Both the position numbers and the translations under genes were made by a program. This document shows, piece by piece, positions 9,224 to 19,332 of a stretch of DNA of 64,000 bases. Numbering within the stretch: the first letter of the stretch is position 1; every line of letters begins with the position of its first letter. The stretch is from Thermotogota bacterium (lineage in GTDB: Bacteria > Hydrothermota > Hydrothermia > LBFQ01): contig JAADDJ010000017.1 in the NCBI GenBank assembly GCA_013153965.1, forward strand, positions 6,242 through 70,241. Direction: 5' to 3'. The notes beneath the pieces were generated by a model, which saw nothing but the letters and a program-made list of their open reading frames with translations, did no database searches and was not told where the DNA came from.

Positions 9224-11689
9224 ATGCCGAAGATCCTTCTGAACGATGTGGAAGTTGAATTCAACGAAGGAGAAACCATTCTTGACGTCGCTTGGAGAAA
9301 CGGCGAGAAGATTCCCGTCTTCTGCTATCATCCCAAACTGCCCGTATGGGCGGGATGCAGGGTTTGCCTCGTGGAGGTTGAGGACAGACGGGGTAGGAGG
9401 GGACTGAAGCCCGCGTGTGCCACCAAGGCCGAGAACGGCATGAAGGTCTGGACCACCACCGAGACGGTCAAGGAGACGCAGAGGTCCGTGGTGGCCCTCC
9501 TGCTGACGAATCATCCCCTTGACTGTCCCGTCTGCGACAAGGGAGGCGAGTGCGACCTTCAGGAGATCACCTACCTCTTCGGTCCCACCACCAGCAAATA
9601 CACCTTTCCCAAGAGGCTCTTCCCCAAGCGTGATGCCGGCCCCTACTTTGACCTTGAGCCCCATAGGTGCATCCAGTGCTTCAGGTGCTCCACCTTCTAC
9701 TGGACGGTAGGGGGAGGTAAGGATTGGTCGGTGTTTGATAGGGGATGGTACACGGTCTTCGGCCCCGAGAGGGATCGTTTCTTGAGCAACGAATTCTCCG
9801 GGAACCTCATAGAGGTTTGCCCGGTGGGTGCAATAAACGGGGCGGACTACAAGTACTATACCCGCCCTTGGAATCTGGAGAGGGTCCCCGCTATAAGTCC
9901 GGAGGATTCCTTGGGGGCCAACGTGATGGTTGAGGTCATCTCCCGCAAACCCTACTCCAAGGGCAAGATAGTGAAGGGCGGAAAGCGGGAGGATATCCAC
10001 AAGATAGTGCGCATCAACGGTAGGGAGAACCCCGACGTGAATGAGTTCTGGATCAGCGATAGGGATAGGTTCTCCCACCAGTACGTCTCGGACCACAAGA
10101 GGAGGGTAGATTACCCCCATCTCAAGGCCAAGGATGGCAAGTGGATAAAGGTCAACTGGAGCGTGGCCTTGGATTGGATAGCAGAGCATATGCGCTCCGC
10201 CAAGCGCGTCGCCGTGCTCTCGGGAGGGAGAGGTACCAACGAGTCGGCCTTCGCGGCCGTCAAACTTTTCAAGGAGCTTCTCCTCAGCGAGGACGTGGAT
10301 TTCAGGAGGCCCCACGTCGCGTACGAGGAGGATCCCATAAAGAGGGTCGTGGGGTACTCCGCCTCCACGGCCAAGATTGCGGACATTGACAGGGCCGACG
10401 CCATATTCATCTTCGGGGACTTGAGGGAGACGGTCCCGGGTGTGGGTGTGCGCCTCATAAGGGCCGCCCGCAACGGCGCCCGCATATTCGTAATAAATCC
10501 CTACAGGGAGAGGTACGTGAGGGACGGATGGGCCGAGTGGGTTAGGATCCCCGCCGGAGGGGAGGCTTACGCCTCCTATCAGTTCTTGGCGGACTCCCCC
10601 GAGGCCCCCTATAAGGCTATGGTTGAGGCCTTCGGCTCGGCCAAGTTCCCCCTCCTCATATTCCCCGATGACCTTTCGGCCGAGGCCCAGTCCAACATCG
10701 CGCATCTGTCTGCCGTTGATGGCAGGGCCAAGTTCCTGCTCCTGAGGACGGCTCCCAACGGTCAGGGGTTCGTTGATGTGGGATTCACCCCATTCCCCTC
10801 GGGATCCAACACGGCGAAGATACTGAGGGATGCGGCCGAGGGGAAGATAGACGTCCTCGTCCTCTGGGAGGTTGAGCCTCTCTACGAGTACTACGAGAGG
10901 GGGCTGGTCGTCAAGGCCCTTGAGAACACCCCCATGGTCGTCGTCCTGACCTCCTTCTGGGACCCCTCCACGGATTACGCCTCCGCCGTCCTACCCATCA
11001 CCGTACCCTACGAGGAGGAGGGCACCCGAACCAATCTGGAAGGGCGTGTCCAGTACGGTAAGGATGCCCTGTGGCCCTACGCGGGAAGTCGCCCGGCCTG
11101 GTGGATCTTCAAGAGCCTCATGGAGCGCCTCGGAGGAAACGTCTCTTGGAAGGATGCCCACGACATCTTCCTTGAGATGAGGAGGGTGGTCTTCCCCTAC
11201 AGGGACCTTGAGTACGACCCCTACAACCTCGCCCACGAGGAGAGGCCCTATCCCGACTACATCCCCACCATCGCCAAACTGAAGAGGGTGTATCGTTATC
11301 CCATCGCCCACTACGAGTTCAACGTTGAGGAGTACTCCCCGACGAAGGGAGAGGTGCCGAAGGGTAGGGTCCTCCTACATTCGCCCGACCTTTACAAGGG
11401 CTCCTACTACGCCTTCAGAAATCCCATCCACAAGCCTTTCATCCGGGAGAAGAGCATATTCGTCTCCGCGGAGGATGCCGAGTCCCTCGGTCTCAAGGAC
11501 GGCGACAGGGCCGTGATCTCGTTGGGAGGCAAGGAGTACGAGATAACCGTCGCCATCAGCGATGACATTCCCAAGGGACTCATGCTCTTCCGGGGCCTGT
11601 TCTACGACCTGCCCATCAACGAAGCCTTCACCGGTAAAATAACGGCCGTTGATAGCATTAGCGTTAGCAACAGTACCGTTCAGTCCTGA
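9224..11689 (+). CDS. nuoG: NADH-quinone oxidoreductase subunit G-like protein (2Fe-2S, His(Cys)3 4Fe-4S and 4Fe-4S N-terminus plus molybdopterin-oxidoreductase-like domain)
   Basis: FCYHPKLPVWAGCRVCLVEV...ACAT is the 2Fe-2S site; HPLDCPVCDKGGEC is the N5-type cluster; CIQCFRC...CPVGA is a 4Fe-4S site. 821 aa. Confidence 0.75.
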   Translation: MPKILLNDVEVEFNEGETILDVAWRNGEKIPVFCYHPKLPVWAGCRVCLVEVEDRRGRRGLKPACATKAENGMKVWTTTETVKETQRSVVALLLTNHPLDCPVCDKGGECDLQEITYLFGPTTSKYTFPKRLFPKRDAGPYFDLEPHRCIQCFRCSTFYWTVGGGKDWSVFDRGWYTVFGPERDRFLSNEFSGNLIEVCPVGAINGADYKYYTRPWNLERVPAISPEDSLGANVMVEVISRKPYSKGKIVKGGKREDIHKIVRINGRENPDVNEFWISDRDRFSHQYVSDHKRRVDYPHLKAKDGKWIKVNWSVALDWIAEHMRSAKRVAVLSGGRGTNESAFAAVKLFKELLLSEDVDFRRPHVAYEEDPIKRVVGYSASTAKIADIDRADAIFIFGDLRETVPGVGVRLIRAARNGARIFVINPYRERYVRDGWAEWVRIPAGGEAYASYQFLADSPEAPYKAMVEAFGSAKFPLLIFPDDLSAEAQSNIAHLSAVDGRAKFLLLRTAPNGQGFVDVGFTPFPSGSNTAKILRDAAEGKIDVLVLWEVEPLYEYYERGLVVKALENTPMVVVLTSFWDPSTDYASAVLPITVPYEEEGTRTNLEGRVQYGKDALWPYAGSRPAWWIFKSLMERLGGNVSWKDAHDIFLEMRRVVFPYRDLEYDPYNLAHEERPYPDYIPTIAKLKRVYRYPIAHYEFNVEEYSPTKGEVPKGRVLLHSPDLYKGSYYAFRNPIHKPFIREKSIFVSAEDAESLGLKDGDRAVISLGGKEYEITVAISDDIPKGLMLFRGLFYDLPINEAFTGKITAVDSISVSNSTVQS

Positions 11690-12674
11690 GTTAGACAGTC
11701 TGGTGCTGCTCGCCCTTGAGTACACCTACAGGGAGCGATACGGGGCTGCTCTGTCTTTAGCCGATGAGGCCATACATCGCTACCCGGATGAGCCGGCGGG
11801 ATACTTCTTCAAGGCGGCCATATACGACTACTACATGGAGGACTATCACACCAACAGGTACGAGACGGAATTCTTCAAGTACATGAAGATGGCGGAGGAG
11901 AAGGCGAAGGCGAAACTCTCTATAACCGACGATAACAAGGTCAGGGCTTGGATGCACTTCTTCATCGCCGGGTCCTACGGCTACAAGGCCATGCGGGCCG
12001 GAAGGGCTGGAAACTATCTGGTGGCCCTCAAGTACGCTCTGGAGGGCATAAAACCTCTAAACGCCACCCTAAAGGAGGACTCAACCCTATACGATGCGTA
12101 CTTTCCCCTCGGCATATACAACTATGCCCTCTCCAAGGCTCCCAACCGCATAGGGTTCCTCCCCACCTTCTTTCTCGTCAAGGACAGGGAGGAGAGTAAG
12201 AGGAAGGGCATAGAGTACCTGAAGACCGCCTGGAGGAAAGGCCATTACACGTCCGTGATAGCAGCCCTGACGTTGGCGTGGATCCTCATGAGGGAGGGAA
12301 GAGCACGCGAGGCCATCCCCATAATCAAGAGGTACGTGGAGAAGTATCCGGAGAGCCGATACTTCCGCTGGGTCTATGGGGGTTTGCTCCTGAAGGAGGG
12401 GCGCTTTGAGGAGGCGGAGGACATATACGAGGGTCTCCTATACCTCGTACTTCGCGACCAGCCCAACGTCCATTACAACGTGGTCTATATCGCGTACTAT
12501 CTGGGATACACCAAGTACTTCCTCGGGAAGTTTGACGAGGCCATAAAGTACTTTGAGGTGGCCTTGAAGTACTACGAGGAGGCTCCCCCGAGCGACAAGA
12601 AGGCGCTGGCTCGCATTATGAGGAGTTTGAGGAAATTCTACAAGCGGGCCAAGAAACGTCTGGATCTGGAATGA
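11649..12674 (+). CDS. Hypothetical TPR-like helical repeat protein; start uncertain because the ORF overlaps the nuoG end
   Basis: Tyr-rich helical repeats throughout. 4-nt overlap with the downstream Wzc-like gene. Confidence 0.45.
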   Translation: MIALALATVPFSPELDSLVLLALEYTYRERYGAALSLADEAIHRYPDEPAGYFFKAAIYDYYMEDYHTNRYETEFFKYMKMAEEKAKAKLSITDDNKVRAWMHFFIAGSYGYKAMRAGRAGNYLVALKYALEGIKPLNATLKEDSTLYDAYFPLGIYNYALSKAPNRIGFLPTFFLVKDREESKRKGIEYLKTAWRKGHYTSVIAALTLAWILMREGRAREAIPIIKRYVEKYPESRYFRWVYGGLLLKEGRFEEAEDIYEGLLYLVLRDQPNVHYNVVYIAYYLGYTKYFLGKFDEAIKYFEVALKYYEEAPPSDKKALARIMRSLRKFYKRAKKRLDLE

Positions 12675-14758
12675 GGGAGACCAACTTCCAATACACCTAC
12701 CGGAGGATAAAGGCCGTTCTGGTCAGGGAATGGCGTTTAATTCTGCTGACGGCTATCCTTGGGGCCGCCATCTCGGTGGTGGGCAACATCCTGCTGCGCA
12801 AGGGCCCCAAGTTCCGGGCCTACGTGCATATGATGAAGACGTCCAAGGTCAATCAGGTGAGCGTTCTGGCGGATCAGATGGGCTCCGTCAGGCCCACATC
12901 CCCCTCCGTGGATGTTCTGGCCCTAAAGATAAGATTCCCCGACTTCTACAGGGGCCTGAAGGATACGGCCCTGATGTACGAGGTGCTGAAGGGACGGGTG
13001 GCGGGGATACGCGAGGTCCGACCGGGTAAGTATTCGGAGAAGAACCCGGGGGTCGTGAAATGTCCGTGCAGCAAGAGCTTTCTCGTCGTCGTATATGACA
13101 CCTTGAGCCTTTGGAAGAGGTTGGCGGAGGGACGCATAAGGGTTCTGGAGGATAAGGATGAGAATATGGCCTTCGGGCCCAAGAATACGGTCTTCTTCAC
13201 GGTTGAGTACATATCCCCCGACAGGAGGTGGGCCAAGCGCGCGGCCGAGCGGGTGGCTTATTGGATAATACAGAAGCATCTGGAGGAGAAGAAGCAGAGT
13301 CTCCTGCGACAGAAACGCACCATAGAGAAGCTCATGGACTTCTACAAGCGGGAGATCAACACGTTCGCCAACCAGATCCAGCGTTTTAAGGAGAGGATGA
13401 AGTACCCGGAATTCACGGAAGAGAAGATAGTGGCCATACTCTCAGATCTGAAGGCCAAGGAGAGGGCGCTGAACGAGCTTATGGATATTCTGCGAAACTC
13501 TCCGGAGGATACGATCTTCGTGGATGTTGGGGATCCCCTACTCAACGACCTTCAGCAGTCCCGCATAAATCTGCTCATGGAGATATGGAATCTTGAGACC
13601 ACGTACGGACGCTCCCACCCCAAGGTCAAGGCCCTGTACAACAGCCTGCGGAAGATGAACACGCTCATACTCGGCTCCGCCGCCAAGAATAGGGATTACG
13701 TGAGAAAGCAGATATCCTACTACAAGCGGATACTCCCGGAGGTCCTAAAGGAGCAGGCTACCCTGCTGACGATTCAGAGGAATCTTGAGAACGCGGAGGA
13801 CTTCTACATAGTCCTCGGTCAAAAACTCAACGACACCGACGTTCAGCTGGGTAGTTTGGTGCCGGATATAACGATTTTGGGCTCCCCCACCGTCAGGCGG
13901 GTGGGGATATACAGCCGCAGCCGCGTGGCGGCCATCCTCGGCCTCCTTCTGGGATTGATAATCGGGGTGGCGATGGCCTTCTTCAAGGACCTCACGACGG
14001 ACGTGATTCTGGATGAGAGTACCCTGCCCTTCCCCGAGGACAAGATAATCCTCATGCCCACCTTCTCCTCCTTTGATAGTCTGCCCGCCGATATGGTTCG
14101 GACCGGCACCGTGGATTCAACCTCCCCGGCCCTCAACGAGTTTAGGAAACTCCTGTTTGAGCTGAACATGTTCGGGGATCTCAAGGAGATAGTGGCCGTG
14201 ACGAGCACCCAAACGGGGGAGGGGAAGACATTCATAAGCGCCAATCTCGCCGCGGCGGCGGCCCTTTCGGGCATCCCCGTCCTCCTGATTGACGGCGACA
14301 TTAGGGCCAAGGGCTTGAGCGAGATGTTCGGTCTGGGCGACAGCGAGGGATACTCCAACGGCCGCTTTGAGCCTTACCCCATACATCCCAACCTCTACAT
14401 ACTTCCCGTGGGCACGGCCGACAGGGACCACCTGGTCGTCTTCAAGGAGATGCTTGACGGGATAAAGGACCTTCTGGAGCGGTTTCGTGTGGTTCTGGAC
14501 CTCCCTCCCTTCCCCGTATCTCCGGAGATAAAGCTCCTTGACAGGTTCGCCGTAAAGTACCTCCTCGTCCTCAAGTACAACTATACCAAACGCTCCATGC
14601 TGAAGCGGATAACTATAAATCCCGAACTCGTCATCTTCAATCAGGTGGGGAGGGCCTCGGAGTACTACTCAAGGTACTACAACCGCTACGGTAGGAGAAC
14701 GACCCTCTGGGATCGGATAGTTGGTCCTCTGAAGCGTCTATTCAAGCGCCACCGATAG
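12671..14758 (+). CDS. Polysaccharide co-polymerase / tyrosine autokinase (Wzc/BY-kinase family)
   Basis: N-terminal TM helix and Wzz-like chain-length-determinant region. C-terminal P-loop VTSTQTGEGKTFISANLA, plus the DGD motif and a terminal Tyr cluster EYYSRYYNRYG. Confidence 0.75.
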   Translation: MRETNFQYTYRRIKAVLVREWRLILLTAILGAAISVVGNILLRKGPKFRAYVHMMKTSKVNQVSVLADQMGSVRPTSPSVDVLALKIRFPDFYRGLKDTALMYEVLKGRVAGIREVRPGKYSEKNPGVVKCPCSKSFLVVVYDTLSLWKRLAEGRIRVLEDKDENMAFGPKNTVFFTVEYISPDRRWAKRAAERVAYWIIQKHLEEKKQSLLRQKRTIEKLMDFYKREINTFANQIQRFKERMKYPEFTEEKIVAILSDLKAKERALNELMDILRNSPEDTIFVDVGDPLLNDLQQSRINLLMEIWNLETTYGRSHPKVKALYNSLRKMNTLILGSAAKNRDYVRKQISYYKRILPEVLKEQATLLTIQRNLENAEDFYIVLGQKLNDTDVQLGSLVPDITILGSPTVRRVGIYSRSRVAAILGLLLGLIIGVAMAFFKDLTTDVILDESTLPFPEDKIILMPTFSSFDSLPADMVRTGTVDSTSPALNEFRKLLFELNMFGDLKEIVAVTSTQTGEGKTFISANLAAAAALSGIPVLLIDGDIRAKGLSEMFGLGDSEGYSNGRFEPYPIHPNLYILPVGTADRDHLVVFKEMLDGIKDLLERFRVVLDLPPFPVSPEIKLLDRFAVKYLLVLKYNYTKRSMLKRITINPELVIFNQVGRASEYYSRYYNRYGRRTTLWDRIVGPLKRLFKRHR

Positions 14759-15664
14759 ACGCTCCCTCATCATCTCCACCAATCCATCCTCAATCTCCAC
14801 AGATACCTTGAGATAGGGGAGGGTGGGGTCCCCTATCCGGTAGAAGTCCTTCTCGGTGCATACGGGGATGGCCCCCAAACGTCGGGCCTCTTTCCTTATA
14901 TCCTCCACGGTCCTCCTGTCTATCCACCAGTGGTCCGGGAATATCCTCCTGCCGACCACCTTCGCTCCCGCCTTCTTCAGGGCGCCGATGAAGCTGAGGG
15001 GGTCTGCTATACCGCAGAAGGCGAAGACCCTCCTCCCCTCAACGGGTACTACCTTCCCCTCCACGACGAGGCCGTCAATCCTGTATCTCATCCGGAATGT
15101 GGGCTTATCCAGAGGGGGGAGGGATGCGTCCTCATCGGTCTTGAGATTGAAGACTACGGCGTCGGCGAATCTGTAAGCCCCGAAGGGCTCCCTTAGGGGG
15201 CCGAAGGGGAGGACATGGGAGCGCACGTCGGAGGGCCGCAGGAGGAGGATGCTGAAGTGGGGTCTTATCCTGAAGTACTGGAAGACGTCGTCGTATATGA
15301 CCGTCTCGGCTCCGAGCGCCTTGGCCATCTCGGCTCCCCTGAGGCGGTCCTTGCAGGCTATCACCGGAACGCCGGTCCTCTTAAAGAGCATGTACCCCTC
15401 ATCGCCCAAGTACTCCGGGCTGGGATGCTCCTGTGATGTGAAGCATCCCCTGCGTTTGCGGCGGTACCCCAGAGTGATTATGGCGGGATGGGGCAGGTGT
15501 CTCGTGAGCTCGGCCACCAGGGGAGTTTTGCCGGTGCCTCCGGTTCGCAGATTTCCCACCCCGACCGAAGGTAGAACTGGGTGCCGGGGCCGACTCATGA
15601 GCCGGAGGGCCGATACGAGCCAAGCGTAGGGATTTAAAAGGTCCGGCCCCCTAAGATAACCCAT
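14738..15664 (-). CDS. lpxK: Tetraacyldisaccharide 4'-kinase
   Basis: VGNLRTGGTGKTP P-loop, as in LpxK (GNLTVGGTGKTP). Confidence 0.8.
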   Translation of the reverse strand: MGYLRGPDLLNPYAWLVSALRLMSRPRHPVLPSVGVGNLRTGGTGKTPLVAELTRHLPHPAIITLGYRRKRRGCFTSQEHPSPEYLGDEGYMLFKRTGVPVIACKDRLRGAEMAKALGAETVIYDDVFQYFRIRPHFSILLLRPSDVRSHVLPFGPLREPFGAYRFADAVVFNLKTDEDASLPPLDKPTFRMRYRIDGLVVEGKVVPVEGRRVFAFCGIADPLSFIGALKKAGAKVVGRRIFPDHWWIDRRTVEDIRKEARRLGAIPVCTEKDFYRIGDPTLPYLKVSVEIEDGLVEMMRERLSVALE

Positions 15665-16259
15665 CGCCCAAGAGCCTGTACTTGAGGTTGGGGGTTATGA
15701 AGTATCTGCCCCCACGCAATGTTAGGAGGTTCCTCTTGAGGAGGGACTTCAGGGCTCTCTCCATGTGGGCGTTGAGGTCGGATGAGGTGGTGAGCAGGCC
15801 GTCCAGAGTCATGGCTATCAGGAGTTTCTCCGTGTCGGATAGGTCCGAGCGCATGAGGGCCCGCTTTATATCCGTCTTCCCTATCCTCTTACCTTGGGGG
15901 ACGTTTGAGTTGGAGGCCTTGATGAATCTTATGACGGCCAGATAGAAGGCCCTCGCCGGATTTTTCACCTCCTCGTAGGAGCGTCTTATGACCTTGCGCT
16001 CGGCTACTATGTAGTTGCACGCGTGCAGGAGCGATATCCTCCTCTTGCGTGCATAGTGTATGGCGTACAGGATGTCATCCTTGGAGTACCTTACGGGAGA
16101 TTTGCGAAATCTCCTCCTGCTGCCGAATCTTTCCCTGAATATCCTCCTCAGCTTGGATTCGCTCATCTTGAGTTTCTGAGCCAACTCCCGCAGGACCTTC
16201 CCCTTCGTTCCTCTCGGGGCCTTCATGTAGGCTCTGTATGCTCTCTCTAAGCGATCCAT
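15651..16259 (-). CDS. Hypothetical basic protein, possible HTH DNA-binding domain
   Basis: Arg/Lys-rich N-terminus (VLRELAQKLKMSESKLRRIFRERFG). The start at 16259 was chosen to limit overlap with queD; the ORF is open to 16301. Confidence 0.35.
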   Translation of the reverse strand: MDRLERAYRAYMKAPRGTKGKVLRELAQKLKMSESKLRRIFRERFGSRRRFRKSPVRYSKDDILYAIHYARKRRISLLHACNYIVAERKVIRRSYEEVKNPARAFYLAVIRFIKASNSNVPQGKRIGKTDIKRALMRSDLSDTEKLLIAMTLDGLLTTSSDLNAHMERALKSLLKRNLLTLRGGRYFITPNLKYRLLGDGLS

Positions 16260-16603
16260 CGCTCCTCGGTGTAGGTGGCGGCGTAGTTGGGAGTCTCCCA
16301 CACCCTCACGGCGACCACGTCGTACCCCATCTCCTTGAGTCTGCGGTATATGTAGCGGGATACCACCTCCGCGCTCGGTGGCTCGTCCAGCACCTCGTTC
16401 AGATAGGTGTGGTCAAGACCTATGGAATGGAGTTTGGCCTTTATCTCCTTGAAATCCGTGGCTATACCGCTCTCGTCCAAACGGGAAAATCGTACGTGCG
16501 CCTCAACCACCCACCTGTGTCCGTGCAAATTCTTGCACGGGCTATCAACGTTTGGCAACCTGTGGGCGGCGTCAAACTCGTACCTCACGGTCAGTATCCA
16601 CAT
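16247..16603 (-). CDS. queD: 6-carboxy-5,6,7,8-tetrahydropterin synthase (QueD/PTPS family)
   Basis: CxxxHGH motif (CKNLHGHRW). 118 aa. The N-terminus VRYEFDAAHRL is typical. Confidence 0.8.
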   Translation of the reverse strand: MWILTVRYEFDAAHRLPNVDSPCKNLHGHRWVVEAHVRFSRLDESGIATDFKEIKAKLHSIGLDHTYLNEVLDEPPSAEVVSRYIYRRLKEMGYDVVAVRVWETPNYAATYTEERWIA

Positions 16604-16631
16604 GGCCGGATATTTTAAGCAGGTAATGGAG

Positions 16632-17318
16632 TCAGCAGTTCTTCTCTATGGCCGAGCGCAACTTCCTCTCCCCCTCGCACAGGTCCGAATCTCCGTAATC
16701 CTCGCACAGTCGTTTATATATGGAGTGGGCCTTCCTCCACTCGTCGCAGGCGGAGGAAATGTCGTTCAGGTAATAATGGAGGGACCCCACGTTGTAGTGC
16801 AGATTCGCCCTGAATCGCAGGAGTCCGGGGGCATCCCCCAAGAGGGAGAGGATGGCCTCCGCCTCACCGTAGTCGGAGAAGGCCTCGTCGTACCTCCCCG
16901 CACCCACCAGAGCGTTGGCCCGGTTGTTATACTCCTTGGCCATGTCCCCCATCAGTCCGGGATCCCCTCCCGAGGCTGCTAACATCTCCCCGAGTAGCTC
17001 TATGGCCGACGAATGATATTCAACCGCCTCGGAGAATCTCTTTAGGGTGTGGGATACTATCCCCAGAGCCGACAGGACGAAGGCGCGAGTTCGGGCATCC
17101 GCCACCGAATCCTTGGCCCTCCGAAGGTACTCGTAGGCCTCCTTTAACCTCCTCAGGTTGTAGAGGATCCATCCCTTCCTCCAGAGGATGGCTCCCAGCA
17201 GGGGGCCTTCGGCCTCCCCCTCAATTGAGTTGAGAATCTCCAGAGCCTCCCCATACCTCCTCCCACCCATCAGGGAGTCGGCCTTCCGGATGATATGGGT
17301 TATCTCCTCCCGACTCAT
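16632..17318 (-). CDS. Tetratricopeptide repeat protein
   Basis: Several TPR-like 34-aa repeats (AYEYLRRA..., AVEYHSSAIELL...). Confidence 0.6.
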   Translation of the reverse strand: MSREEITHIIRKADSLMGGRRYGEALEILNSIEGEAEGPLLGAILWRKGWILYNLRRLKEAYEYLRRAKDSVADARTRAFVLSALGIVSHTLKRFSEAVEYHSSAIELLGEMLAASGGDPGLMGDMAKEYNNRANALVGAGRYDEAFSDYGEAEAILSLLGDAPGLLRFRANLHYNVGSLHYYLNDISSACDEWRKAHSIYKRLCEDYGDSDLCEGERKLRSAIEKNC

Positions 17319-17881
17319 CGCCTGAGCCCCAGTATCCGGGCTATCTCATCCACGGCGCGGTTCAGATCATCGTTTATGACCACGTGTTGGTACTCCGAGG
17401 CGTACTCCATCTCCTTGGCGGCCTTCTTCAACCTCCTCTCCACCACATCCGGTGGATCCCCCCTCCGCATGAGCCTCTCACGCAGGACCTCCAACGACGG
17501 TGGCACGAGGAATATGGTTCTAAATTCAACCTCGTCGGAGTCGGCGAAGACCCTCTCCAGAGCCCGCTTACCATTGACATCAACCGTCAGGACGACGTTC
17601 CTCCCCTCACGCAGGGGTCTGTAGAGATTCTCCTTCGGGATTCCGTACAGGTTGCCGTATATCTCCGCCCACTCAAACAGGTTCCCCTCCTCTATCCATC
17701 GGCGGAAGGTGGCCTCATCCGTGAAGAGATAATCAACCCCATCCCTCTCGTGGGGTCTCGGGGGTCGGGTGGTGGCCGTCACCACATGAACGAAGCCGTA
17801 ATCCTCCGCCAACCGACGGGCCACCGTAGTCTTACCCGCCCCCGACGGGGCGGAGATCACCAGAAGTATAGGCCTCCTCAC
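17315..17881 (-). CDS. gmk: Guanylate kinase
   Basis: LVISAPSGAGKTT P-loop and the TTRPPRPHERDGVDYLF GMP-binding motif. Confidence 0.9.
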   Translation of the reverse strand: MRRPILLVISAPSGAGKTTVARRLAEDYGFVHVVTATTRPPRPHERDGVDYLFTDEATFRRWIEEGNLFEWAEIYGNLYGIPKENLYRPLREGRNVVLTVDVNGKRALERVFADSDEVEFRTIFLVPPSLEVLRERLMRRGDPPDVVERRLKKAAKEMEYASEYQHVVINDDLNRAVDEIARILGLRR

Positions 17882-19332
17882 CTAAGGATGGAGGAGAGGA
17901 GATGGGCCACGCTGTCCGTGAAGGAGAGGAAGGGAGAGGGATAGATCCCGATCCAGATGACGAACACGGCCAGCGATACGAGTATGAGGGCCTCCCGGAA
18001 GGACACGTCGGGCATCTTGGCGCTCTCGGGGTCCAACTTCCCGAAGACCACCCTCTTTATCAGCGAGAGCATGTATATGGCGGCTATTATCACACCCGGC
18101 GCGGCCAGATAACCCCACACGGGATTGGCCTTGTACGCCCCGAGCATACTCAAGAACTCCCCGACGAATCCGGAGAGCCCCGGAAGGCCTATTGAGGCCA
18201 GAGCCATGAATACGAAGAATGTGGAGAGGTTGGGTACCTTGTTTGCTATACCGGAGTAATCCCTTATCAGGCGGGTGTGCCTGCGCTCGTAGAGCATCCC
18301 CACGATGAAGAACAGCGCCCCCGTCGTCAAACCGTGGCTTATCATGACCAGAACGGCCCCCTGTATCCCTATGGGGTTCCCGGAGGCTATGCCGAGCATG
18401 GCGAATCCCATGTGGGCGACGGAGGAGTAGGCTACCAGCTTCTTCATGTCGGACTGGACCCACGCCATGAGACCGCCGTAAAGGATGCCTATTATCGCCA
18501 GAGCCGCCAGGAGCCCCCTGTAGGCCTCAAATCCGGCGGGGAACAGGGGCAGGGAGTATCGGAGAAAGCCGAAAGTACCCATCTTGAGGAGGATGCCGGC
18601 GAGTATGACGGAGCCGGCGGTCGGAGCCTCCACGTGGGCGTCGGGAAGCCACGTGTGGAAGGGGAACATGGGCACCTTTATCATGAAACCGAGGGAGAAG
18701 GCCAAGAAGAGGAGCCTCTGAACGTCGGCGGCCGCCTCCGGCAGAACTTGGGCCAGAAGGGGATAGTCAAACGTTCCGTAGTTGAGATATATCCAGATGA
18801 TGGCCGCGAGCATGGGGACGGAGCCTATGGCCGTGTAGATTAGGAACTTGAAGGCGGCATAGACCCTGTTCTCGTGGCCCCAGAGGGCTATGAGGATGAA
18901 CATGGGGATCAGCTGGGCCTCCCAGAAGATGAAGAATTGGATGAGATTGAGGGAGGCGAATACGCCTATCATGGCGGTCTCCAAGAGGAGCATTGTTATG
19001 ACGTAGGCCTGAACCTTCTCCTTGATGTAGTTGTAGGATGATACGATCCCCAAGAAGGTGAGGAAGGTGGTCAGGAGGATGAGGATGAGGGCCAGACCGT
19101 CAATACCGACGAAGTAGGGGGCATTCTCAAGCCCGAAGAATACGTACCTCTCAACGAACTGGAACTCCGATGCCCTCGTGAAGTCAAACCCGAAGAGGAG
19201 CCCCAGCGAGAGCAGGAGTTCCATAAACGTTATGAACGTTCCATAAACCCAAAAGGTCTTTTTCCACTCTGGTCGTAGGAAGAACAACGGAATGGCCGCC
19301 AGAAGCGGGAAAAAGATAACGAGGCTCAACAT
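17878..19332 (-). CDS. Complex I subunit M / Mrp antiporter subunit D family membrane protein (NuoM/MrpD-like)
   Basis: 14 TM helices. The WLPDAHVEAPTAGSVILAGILLKMGTFGFLRY motif is present. 4-nt overlap with gmk. TATAAT lies 9 nt upstream on the minus strand. Confidence 0.8.
   Translation of the reverse strand: MLSLVIFFPLLAAIPLFFLRPEWKKTFWVYGTFITFMELLLSLGLLFGFDFTRASEFQFVERYVFFGLENAPYFVGIDGLALILILLTTFLTFLGIVSSYNYIKEKVQAYVITMLLLETAMIGVFASLNLIQFFIFWEAQLIPMFILIALWGHENRVYAAFKFLIYTAIGSVPMLAAIIWIYLNYGTFDYPLLAQVLPEAAADVQRLLFLAFSLGFMIKVPMFPFHTWLPDAHVEAPTAGSVILAGILLKMGTFGFLRYSLPLFPAGFEAYRGLLAALAIIGILYGGLMAWVQSDMKKLVAYSSVAHMGFAMLGIASGNPIGIQGAVLVMISHGLTTGALFFIVGMLYERRHTRLIRDYSGIANKVPNLSTFFVFMALASIGLPGLSGFVGEFLSMLGAYKANPVWGYLAAPGVIIAAIYMLSLIKRVVFGKLDPESAKMPDVSFREALILVSLAVFVIWIGIYPSPFLSFTDSVAHLLSSILR

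Noticed and set aside
9164-10705. 513-aa ORF on the minus strand, antisense to the nuoG-like gene
   Set aside because: Gly/Pro/Arg-rich translation of low complexity with no motif. It is a shadow ORF, expected from GC-rich third positions on the opposite strand. The sense strand has clear Fe-S motifs.
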